A stretch of 62,954 nt of DNA, the filler included, from Octopus bimaculoides (Eukaryota): NCBI RefSeq assembly GCF_001194135.2. It is 3 parts of 3 records of this genome, joined end to end, with 100 filler letters (N's around TTAATTAATTAA, not from the genome) between each part and the next. Parts side by side here need not be neighbours in the genome. Positions count along the whole stretch, not along the records: positions 49,759 to 62,954 come from NC_068987.1; 2 more parts are not named here. The stretch is one strand, 5' to 3'. The notes under the pieces are model-generated. The model worked only from the letters and a program-made list of their open reading frames with translations. It was not told the DNA's origin and searched no databases. Shown here piece after piece: positions 52,051 to 62,954 of the stretch; within the stretch, counting starts at the first letter, position 1, and each line of letters begins with the position of its first letter. The translations under genes and the position numbers were made by a program.

Positions 52051-52342
52051 AGGAACTTCTTCCAAAATTCTTCTTCTGCTTTTCCCACTTTTACTTGTCT
52101 TGATTGAAATGTGTNNNNNNNNNNNNNNNNNNNNNNNNNNNNNNNNNNNNNNNNNNNNNNNNNNNNNNNNNNNNNNNNNNNNNNNNNNNNNNNNNNNNNN
52201 NNNNNNNNNNNNNNNNNNNNNNNNNNNNNNNNNNNNNNNNNNNNNNNNNNNNNNNNNNNNNNNNNNNNNNNNNNNNNNNNNNNNNNNNNNNNNNNNNNNN
52301 NNNNNNNNNNNNNNNNNNNNNNNNNNNNNNNNNNNNNNNNNN

Positions 52343-52410
52343 CGAGCTACGCTCTTCAACAGAAAGAATACGGAGACAAGGAGAAAAACACGGAGAAAAA
52401 AAATTGAATA
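52343..52410 (-). mobile_element. Second copy of the hammerhead-like/Penelope-like repeat (cut by an N gap)
   Basis: Reverse complement reads TCTTT-CTGTTGA-A-GAGC(GTA)GCTC-G then gap. Confidence 0.45.
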
Positions 52411-53560
52411 GTGTTCAGTCAACGGTCAATCATAATAATGGCCGATCATAACAATGACTGACCGGAAGTTAGAAATTCTTATTTCAGGAGAGCTAAGAAA
52501 GGGGGAGATAACAAACGGTGATCGGGAACGAGGGGCTATGTGTGGGAGGTAGAATGCTGGTGATCTTGACGTATGTAGTGTGAAAATGGGGAAGGGAGAA
52601 AGGGAGTTAGTAGTTGGTCAGTTGTAGTGTGTGCGTGGTGTATATATATATATGTATGTATGTGCTGTATATGGGCCAGTGCCTTTGCAAAGATAGCGGT
52701 ATGGTAATGTCAGAGCAACATCTCGTTCAAATAAGAGATCAGCTCGCAGCTTAGTGATCTGAAATTGTTTAAACTTTTGCTATTTTAATGATTTTAAGTT
52801 ATTAGGTTTTGGCCATGCTGGGGCACCTCCATAGTCAAGTACCTCAGCCCAAATAGTCATTTAACTACAGGCACCTTCTTTAAATACTTGGAAAGGATAA
52901 AAAGTTAGACTGACCTGGCCGAGCTTTGAACTCGGAATGTCAAGGTAAGATTATCGTAAGGCCTTTCTGGGGAGAGGAGTTAAGCTGGATGCGAAGAGGA
53001 GGTGATGAATAGCGATCTGGCCACCACTCCTGATCTACCAACGGAAAGGCGTTACGGTTCAGAGTCGAAACACAACATTGGTTGTTGGATACCGTCTGAT
53101 GACATAAATTTCTCCTGGCCAAAGTTCGCTTCTCTAGCAATGAATGGGGAAGAAGCACCCCCTTCAAGTGTCATCAATGACATTCGACAACTACAAGAAG
53201 ACATATTTCATAGAAATATGTCAATGAAATTCATTTCATTACCCCAAGATATGACTGGTAGTCACATGCATAATGAATCGTCTCAGAATGGAATGAAAAA
53301 TTTGAGTGGGTAGACAGGGGGATGGGTCGGTTGGGAATATAAAGAAGGAGAATAGATGGATCGTTATGGAGGTAAGATAAACACACACACACACACATTG
53401 AGGTTTTCTCGTCTGATAAACTGTCCTTTAAGTATGTACATATGTTTTTATATGTGCGCGCGTGTGTGGTTTTGAAAATGATAAACTTATGAAAACAACG
53501 TAAGTATATGAAGTAGCATACAACATAAATTTTTTGATTTATTAGAATTATCTCCGTTAG

Positions 53561-53622
53561 TAGAGGAATGTCATAATGACCAGCTCCACTTGAGGGGAGA
53601 TAATCACAAGAATCATGTGAAG
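53561..53622 (+). CDS. Candidate 62-nt exon (EECHNDQLHLRGDNHKNHVK)
   Basis: ctccgttag| acceptor and AAG|GTAAGA donor; open frame; phase-compatible with the upstream ORF 53002-53305. Confidence 0.3.
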
Positions 53623-54293
53623 GTAAGAGGACAATTGTGGGCACAAGTTTCTGACTCTATAAACGTCATCAGCTCGACGATTGTCCAACCTTCATCTTGT
53701 CCTTTGCTTTAATGGAACATTAACACTGGAGAATCATTGAGATTATCTCCTTTTCTTATGAAGGAGCTGGTCTTAATTATCATTTGGTAATTATGGTACA
53801 TCCTCGAGAGGCGGAGATCATTTAAATAAATCAAGAATTTATGTTCTAAAGTATTTGATATCCCTGTATTTGTATATCTGTTGTGCAAATACACATCACT
53901 GGTCACTCTGACTTATTTCTCTTCGCTCATTTTTGTATAGATTATGTCTGTTTAGTAGGGAGGGTGCTAGACTTCGGCACATTTTGGTGGGAAAAGAGGG
54001 GAAACGAATGAAGTGAACGACAGATAAATGTGGTGGGGGCAGAAAAGGGGAAAATGAGGGATATACAATAGCATGATTGAGAGGGTGGGAGAAAGGAGGG
54101 AGAGTAGCAAAGGAGCGGAAGAAGGAATTTCCACATAGTTATAAAACTGATCAGCAGATCGATAGAAGCTGTCGAATGTGTGCCTCTCTGTTTATTCGAC
54201 TTGGTGTGCGTGTGCGCGCATAGGGGGAAAGCGTCTGCACGTGCTGTCGTATTCAAGTGTATACGAGTCTGTCTGTATGGCGCGTGAAAAGTA

Positions 54294-54336
<43 letters not shown>

Positions 54337-54354
54337 CCTACTTATAATCTATAT

Positions 54355-54430
<76 letters not shown>

Positions 54431-55967
54431 TGATTGATTGATTGACTGATGTGATTGCCAGAAGGACGGTACTAATTTGCATAATAGCTTTATATGTATG
54501 TGGCCATGGGATGTGTGTTGCAATGTGTGCTGTGTGTTTGTTTCGATGTCATCACAGCTTTGTGGGTGTGGTGTGTGAGTGCGCACCTCTGCTGGTCGAG
54601 TGTTGCCTCTCTACATTTCGGTTACGTGTTTCTGCCGTTTTTGTTGCAATTTTTTTTTTCTTTTATGAAATCATATCTGTGTTTTATGGGTAGAGAAGTT
54701 TTGTCTGGATGGATATTGTGGTGGAATTGAAGAGAAAAGATAGTCGGAGTGTTCATCATAGAAGAATGTGTGCCTACCGCCTCGCTACATGATAAACACT
54801 AGTTTAGCTGGGCTCGTCTGTCGCTATCTCTATACTTCTGTCTATCTAAAATCTGTCTGTCTATCTCTCTCACCACACACACACACAAAACATACAAAGC
54901 ATACATATTCGCTCATACGTATATCGTATGCAGACACACACACACACAAAACGAAGAAATGAATATCTTATGTAGCTGGTCCGATATTACCGTTTATCCT
55001 CTTTATACATACATAAGCATATAACACATAAGACGGTATTTAAGACTGTCTTTAGTGTGTGTGTGTGTGTGTGTCACACCTGCACCAATGCAAACACTCA
55101 TAGTCACACAAACACTTATTAATTGAAAAGCTACCGTCTTAAAACAGAAAGGGGCACGTGATTTAGCTATGTGAGATAGCGTGTGGTGGTGGTGGGGAAT
55201 GGACGATTTGGACATGTCTGAAGAGCGTTGGAGCTAAAATAACAACAGTAATACACCCTCCTCCACCACCCCAAACACACACACACACACGCACGCCAGA
55301 GAAGACGACGAATACACGAAGGGACAGACAAAAAAGCCTTTATAGTTCAACTAACGAGTAAACCTCTACGGTGGAAAGGACAGTTAAATCTCCCTCAAAT
55401 CATTGGAGTGTTTTACCTGCCTCACCGGATGACGGGATGGGCACGGTCAGAAACCCTGTAGTTATAGGTCTGTTCTTCCATAGCTGACCTAAGTATAGCA
55501 ACAATACTACTACACACACTCTCCCCCCCCCCCNNNNNNNNNNTTCTCTTTCTTCAATAACTCTAGAATTAAGGTACCCCCCCCCCACTTGCTACAACAG
55601 CCAAATCTTCTGTAAAGTATACACTATTGTCTTTCCAAGGACGATGACTTCTTCAAACGATGTAGTCAAAACGGGATGGGCACTAATGGAACGCCTGCTG
55701 GATCATAATTAATCCGAACAGAAATCATCAAACTACTCAGGACTCTGGGGAGCAACAGAAAAACGATTCGTTCAAAAATGAGACACGCTTCACCAACAAC
55801 ACCAGCAAAACCTACTGCTGCTGCTGCTGCTACAGTATAGTGTTTGCTTCCACTAATATTACCACCATCGCTGCTGCTGCTTTTCTGCTGCTGCTGCTGT
55901 TGTTGCTGCTGCCTTGTAGTTTGACGATGCTACTACAATAGTTACCTTACTACTATTGCAAATCTAT

Positions 55968-56004
<37 letters not shown>

Positions 56005-57960
56005 GTTAGTAGTAGTAGACCAATAAGACCACAATTGCAGCTGTTACTATTATTATTATTTCTAATATTAACTGATAGATTATGGTCAAATTTGACGATG
56101 CTGCGGTTAAGGTTGATGTTTATGATGATGATGACAGATTGGCGGTGGCGGTGGAGGTGATGGTGACGGGGAAGTGGTGGTGGTGATAAGTGTTTATTCG
56201 TCCTTGTGTATGTATGTGCATGTGTGTGCACGCTTGTCTGTCTATATCATATTATTACACACTAATACACACACACAAACGCACATTCACTCACATGCAC
56301 ACACAATATATACTTTTTGTGTTCATTGTCTAATATACATGTATTTATGCTGGCGTACATATTCATACACGCATACATGCATACATGAGAGAGGGAGGAG
56401 GAGTGTATATATATATATATATATATATAAAGTCCTGACCGAATTGCTAATTAACCCTAATTGGGACCTTAACAGGTGCTACTACTCCGGGTCAGAATAG
56501 GCCTGGGAACAACAGTGGCGAAGAGAGCTGGTTCCACACTTTTCGAAACCTTGCAGCTGCTGTTTAAAGTCATAAGCTCAGAAGAATTCGTAAGAGCAGT
56601 GAAAATAACACAATACTAGAGTCATAATATCAATAGACCAGTATGAAGGCAGCAAATATATAATAACAGCCATAATTGGTGTTATTTAATGTCATTGAAG
56701 ACAAATGTTTTAATCTCGAGTTATAATGTCACAAGGCAAACATTGTTTCTGTTTGATATCATGTTTAGATAATTTTATGGTGTGAAGCAACTAAAAATAT
56801 ATTTGCGAGTGGCAGGACAGCAACTGACAAAATTTCACCAGAAAAATGCTGCAATACGAAAGATTTGGACATTTTCCTTATTTTCTCTAAGGACTGGCTG
56901 TGCTTTCCTGCCATGACGTCGGGTTGACTTGTTTTTAAATCTGACACAAATCATATAATTTTGAAGGGAGGGCTTTATTCGCTAGCATCGACCCAGTTCT
57001 TGAATAGTACTTTATTTTAACGATCCCGGAGGGATGAAAGGTAATTTACTTTTATTAACTGGCAGGAATTCAAAGATTTTTTGAGCAGTCGTGAGCATCG
57101 TGGGGCAATGCACATAACATTCCGAGTGAAGTCCATTCTGAAATTGCTTAAGTCATCCAAGAAGTTTTTTTCCAGCTTGTGTCTATTTACTTCGGCTAAC
57201 CATCCACATTACATGAATTGATAATAGGTCCTTCCTTGGAATTCTTCTAAATATGCACAGTTAAAATGTTAGCCACCAATACTCTATTTATGTATATATC
57301 GGTTTGTGTTTCAATTTTCCTGAGAATATATATTTGTAAGAGCGACAATTATTTAACACTGACCCAGAAACAGATTTGATGTATTTCATCTTTAGAAAAT
57401 ATTGTCTCACATAAATACTTTGTGCCAAATGTTGAAAATCCCTCCCTGAGTTCGTATATTTAAAGAGTTATATTCTTCATTTAGGATCACTTATAAAAAT
57501 CAATCCTGCTTTTCGTTTGTGTATTTGTCTTCTAACATGTCATTTCACCACAGTTCCTTGATAAAGCAGAGTCGACTGGGGTTTCAAAGATTTTTCATAG
57601 TTTGCCATTTTAATCAAAGTCTGAAAAACGCTGCAGTTTTAGTATATAGAGAGAGTCTTAAGCGTATTAGAGGGAGAGAGAGAGAGAGAGAAAGAGAGAG
57701 AGTTTGATTCTTGTCTTGTATTTTTTTTGTTTTGTTTTTTTACAGCAGGGAAAATGGTTGAAGTTATTTATCATTAGCTGAGACTGAAAAAAGGTTAATT
57801 TATGTCGAAAAGCTTTCAGTACCGAGTAATGTCACATTTAAGCTTAGAATCGCCTTGTAATCTAAGATTGAACGTGTTAAGAGGCGTCATTCAATCAGGC
57901 GAGAATGCCAATTTCTACAGCCATCGACGTTTGCAAGGAGCGCTAAGCACAATTTTTCTC

Positions 57961-58002
<42 letters not shown>

Positions 58003-61000
58003 CAGTTTATCTATGAAGTTCAAGAAATCGGGAGATACCTTTACCACTACTGAGCCATCTTATAGCAAATCGTTACATTCAGCTTCCAGTAATTAAAAAA
58101 AAAAAGAAAGTGATCAAAACTGCAGGTGAGTTCGAATGTGATCGAATGAAATTTACAAGATCAATAAGTTTACCGTGAAAGTGGCTGTTAGTGAAAGAAG
58201 GGAAACCCTGCAGGTTTTAGACATTTCGTATCGTCACAAGTTTTTCTCAACAGAAACATTTGTGTGACTCATTCCTTTCTTGGCTGATTTCATATCAATT
58301 ATTCCGCACCAGCGTATGAAACGTTGTATGTCTTTGATGCTCTTTTATATTAGGAAAGACTAAATATTTAAACTATTTGAAATATTGCACCTGAGCACAT
58401 TTCGATTTTTTTGCTCCGTGAAGGGATTTCATCTATTTGTTTATGTATCTGATTTATTCATTATATTAATATGGAACATTGGTTCTTTCGAGATCACCGC
58501 TTGGGGCCGCTGCAAAAATTATCTACATTTTTTTCCCGATTCTGAATTTTAATGTTCGCAAAACCAAATATTAATAACGAAAACAATGTATTACATAAAC
58601 ATCTCATATTCCGTAAAGTCGGTCCATGTCCTTTGCCGATCTCAGTTGTACCACGTAACAGACCCGCAAAATGCGCTACCGGGAGGGTGCGAAACGAACT
58701 TCTAAACCTGATGGGTTATGGCTGCGCTGATAGTTTTCATGTGTTCCCTGTAAGAACCAAAGAGAGAGGGAGTAAAGTGGTGGGAGGTTGAGATCAAAGT
58801 TATCGGTGTTATGCAGCAGGACCGTTACTAACATCCCCACAACTACCTACACCACCACCACAACCACCACCACCACCAATGAGGGGAATCTCTATGCTAC
58901 CGTCATCATTGGAAATCAAATATCCATCTTGTAAGAAGGAACGGTATAAACGGGTTAGTTATGGACGCAACGATTTTGATTATAGTTCTGTCCAGTCACG
59001 GCTTTACCTAGGGTTAAACGACGGCAACACTATTACTGCTGCTGCTGCTGCTGCTGGTATTGCTGCTGCTGTTGCTGATGTATCTACAAGGTGCATTTTT
59101 CTATCACCATTCTCGTCCCAACGTCAGTCTCTTCAGAAGATGATATTGCCACCAAAACCATCACTACTACAACAACAACAGCAGTTGTTGTTGTTACTAT
59201 TACTACTACTACTACTACTACTACTACAGTCAAAAACCTGCGCCTATTCTTTCTTTCGAAGAAAATCCTTACCAACATTATTATTGTTCAGCTGTAGCAT
59301 CATTTTGAAATCATTCACGCTGCTACCAAACAAAAAAACAATGGTTGATGTTTATGTTCGCACCAATATCAGGCATTTTTGGTGGAAGGTAAGTAATCGT
59401 TTGAATAATCGACCTCTCTTCCCGACACAATATATTATTGGTATATATTTTATAAATCCTATTGTATCGTCCGACGGGGCTGTGGTGAAAAAAAACTTCA
59501 TCGGTTCTGACGAAATTTGAACTTCTTGTGACGTCGCAAAGACGGAACTAAATTCTAAGACTTTTCACTATTTCTTTCGGCTCCACCCCGCCACTTATTA
59601 CAACAACGAAAGCAATAACAACATTAATATATATGCAACAACAAAATTATGAACTCAGACTACAGCACAAACAACAAACACAACAAAACGATTACACATG
59701 CTGTTCATGTTTTTATTTTGTCACATCTTCAAATATATTCTTTTTCATTCCCTCACCGTATTTCTTCTTTCTTTCTCACTCCTCTCCCTTCCCCCCTCTC
59801 TCTTCTTCCCTCATATTTTCATCCCACTATTTTTGTTATATTTATCATTTATCTTCTTGACACAAAACCCTGATATTCTTGTTTACAATGGGGCAACAAC
59901 TAACAACACCCATGTGACTTCGTTACGTCCGTTCTTTTCTTCAAATTCATAAGAACCAATAATAAAGCCTGCACCAAGCAACGAGCGGAGAGAATCATAG
60001 TATCGTGGGGCGAATACCCTCCAAAATTACTTTGCTTTATTTTTCTGTTTCTCATCGTTCAAATTATTTTCACCCTTAATTCTATTCGAATCATTGGGAA
60101 AGCAAAACTTAACAGAGAGATCCGAAGTTCGTGTCCTTTAACCAGCACTTTGTGGACACACTTGTGGTTATGACTATTAATTTCCTGACGTCGGAGCCTC
60201 GACATCAATCATGGACAGGCTACGGCCCGCAGGACTTTCTCAATGGCACGCTTATCAAAAAATAACTTGAATCGTTGTTTAGTAGCGCAGCCCGCTTTTC
60301 GAAACTGTTTGTCCGCGCTTACTCTACAGAGTCGCATTACCTATTAGAAGTAGCAATCAAATTTCTTTCAAAGAATGTGAGAAAAAATGGATAAACAAAA
60401 GCCAAAAGTCAAAGAAAAGGATAACTAAACAAGATACATAAATATATCTTAAAATATTAGAATTAAATGCGATCAAATGAAACCAGGCTGAAGTCAATGG
60501 AGGATAATACAAAAGAGACTTTACATCAGTCATGGACAATCGTAAGTGTGGGGTTCCCAAACCATTGAACGTGAAGGGTAAGATTGTGAAGACGAGACAG
60601 TCAAATCGGTTAAATCGAGTAACTTTGTCTCTGTCTGATCATTGATGTCTTTCAGATTTCGTCTCTTTACAATTGAGAAAACAGTATTTGATAAATCCCC
60701 CGAAATCCTTGGGAGTTGTAGGTGGTCTGTCGTAAGAAGACATTGAAATTCCTGGTTATATCTTTGAACAACAATATTCTCTGTGCTTTCCTTTCATTCT
60801 CTCAAACGAAGGGACAATCCCATCAGATTCTTTTTCTTTCTACGATATTCCAAACTGATCTAAAGTATCGAACTTCAAAATATATACCAGCTAAAAACTA
60901 AGAGCGATAAGTTAGAAACCATTTTGAAATAATCTGGTTTGGACCAAAAGATGTAAAGTTTGGCAAAAGTATTTCTCTATTTTAGTTATTCTTATTCATG

Positions 61001-61238
61001 GAACTTATATGTCTTCTGACAATTCCAGACCATACATTACCAAAATGGATTTGTTAAAGCTATTTATTTATTCTTCGTGGAAGTCCAGATTGTTTTCAAA
61101 ATTAAAGCATAATTTCTCAACAGTTTCACTTTTACTTGGGAGTGAAAAAGGTGCGCGCGTGAGTGTGTTTGCATATACATACATACACACACACATACAT
61201 ACATACACGCACACACACACACACACACACACATACAC

Positions 61239-61285
<47 letters not shown>

Positions 61286-61309
61286 CATACATATAAATGT
61301 ATGCATAAT

Positions 61310-61505
61310 ATACATCCAGTGCCAAGCAAAATGCTTAGCAGCATTTCGATTGTCTTTAGGTTCTGAGTTCAAATTACGCCTAGGTCGGTTTTGCCTTTCA
61401 TCCTTTCGAGATCGTTAAAATAAGTACCAGTTGGGTACTGGGGTCGATGTAATCGACAAGCCCCTTCCCCCTAAATCGCTAGCCATGTGCTAAAATCTGA
61501 AACCA
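61310..61505 (+). mobile_element. SINE family A
   Basis: AAATGCTTAGC...GAGTTCAAATT...CCTTTCATCCTTTCG...TAAGTACCAG...GGGGTCGATGTAATCGAC. Confidence 0.75.
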
Positions 61506-61538
61506 AAATATATGCAATATATAATCACTACATATATA

Positions 61539-61569
<31 letters not shown>

Positions 61570-62367
61570 GCATACACACACGCACATGCACGCACAACTA
61601 TCGAACTAAAAATCTCACGATACCGACGGGAAATTTTTGACTCATCAGCTATTCCTGCGCTTCTTACATACATACTGACAGGCAGTGATACATACACACA
61701 CGTGTGTGTGTATGTATATANNNNNNNNNNNNNNNNNNNNNNNNNNNNNNNNNNNNNNNNNNNNNNNNNNNNNNNNNNNNNNNNNNNNNNNNNNNNNNNN
61801 NNNNNNNNNNNNNNNNNNNNNNNNNNNNNNNNNNNNNNNNNNNNNNNNNNNNNNNNNNNNNNNNNNNNNNNNNNNNNNNNNNNNNNNNNNNNNNNNNNNN
61901 NNNNNNNNNNNNNNNNNNNNNNNNNNNNNNNNNNNNNNNNNNNNNNNNNNNNNNNNNNNNNNNNNNNNNNNNNNNNNNNNNNNNNNNNNNNNNNNNNNNN
62001 NNNNNNNNNNNNNNNNNNNNNNNNNNNNNNNNNNNNNNNNNNNNNNNNNNNNNNNNNNNNNNNNNNNNNNNNNNNNNNNNNNNNNNNNNNNNNNNNNNNN
62101 NNNNNNNNNNNNNNNNNNNNNNNNNNNNNNNNNNNNNNNNNNNNNNNNNNNNNNNNNNNNNNNNNNNNNNNNNNNNNNNNNNNNNNNNNNNNNNNNNNNN
62201 NNNNNNNNNNNNNNNNNNNNTCTAAGCTCGGACAGAAAAGCAATGTGTTTGGATTGACCACGTTAAACACAAATAAAAAAAATAACAAGTGACCAGGATT
62301 CACTGTCCATGCCTGACGTCCACCTATTGTAGACCATGAGAACCGTGTCAGGTGGCAGTCTACAACA

Positions 62368-62415
<48 letters not shown>

Positions 62416-62764
62416 TGCACACAGGTACACACACGCATAAGCACACACGCACACGCACTTTCACTTTCTCTGTCACACACATAAGTGCACACAAGCACAC
62501 ACATAAATATATATAATTGTGTGAGTGTGTGTGTGTCGACGCCTATTGACAATCCTGTAATGGTTATGTTATAATGTCTGAGCAATCTCAATAAGAAGTC
62601 CCAACCAGGTAGGTATACCGTTACTTTCGTAATTTTAACGGGGTACAGCTACAAACTAAATACAATCGAGCTTAGAAATATCGATTTTTATCGTGATTTT
62701 TCAGTCCTGTGAATATTACAGAATACGCACGCGCGAGATCACACACACACACAGGTGCAAGAAT

Positions 62765-62900
62765 GGTTTTGTGGTAAAAAGTTTGTTTCCCAACAAAATG
62801 GTTCCGACTTCAGTCCGACTGCTTGATACATTCGGGCCGATACAAGTCTCGTGAGCGGATATGGTAGATGGAAACTGAAAGAAACCCATCATGCGTGTGT
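62765..62900 (+). mobile_element. SINE family C, diverged 5' part
   Basis: GTGGTAAAAAGTTTGTTTCCCAAC..ATGGTTCC...GGTAGATGGAAACTGAAAGAAACCC. Confidence 0.55.
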
Positions 62901-62954
62901 ATAAAATGTATGTGTATATACATGTATATGTACACGTAAATATATATATATATA

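Noticed and set aside
58879-59520. 213-aa plus-strand ORF
   Set aside because: Held open by (GCT)n, (CAA)n and (CTA)n runs; no recognisable domain or exon boundaries.

Overview
Eukaryotic, AT-rich, extremely microsatellite- and SINE-dense genomic DNA with many N gaps. The repeat landscape suggests an octopus/coleoid cephalopod; this is an inference, no database was searched. Two genes are well supported, both on +. (1) The first coding exon (7872-8999) of a PDZRN3/PDZRN4 (LNX3/4)-type E3 ligase: RING, TRAF-type Zn finger and coiled coil, followed by microsatellite-encoded poly-N/S/G/Q; no PDZ exon was recognised downstream. (2) A complete six-exon, 254-aa secreted S1A serine protease (32704-42247), reconstructed by hand, with a TATA box, intact His/Asp/Ser triad, a non-tryptic EQ|IVGG activation site and an Asn189/Val216 S1 pocket. 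Mobile elements: three abundant tRNA-type SINE families (called A, B, C here), a decayed DD41D (rosa-type) Tc1/mariner, a truncated Tc1, a rearranged RTE LINE, and a CRE-clade RLE retrotransposon fragment interrupted by a solo LTR. Also present are Penelope-like repeats with a minimal hammerhead-ribozyme-like motif and a 45-bp perfect inverted repeat enclosing telomeric repeats. Several unannotated exon-like segments suggest further genes or pseudogenes at low confidence. Two TTAATTAATTAA linkers (24501, 49703) mark probable artificial scaffold joins, so long-range gene order is uncertain. Most ORFs in the supplied track are translations of microsatellites or gaps.
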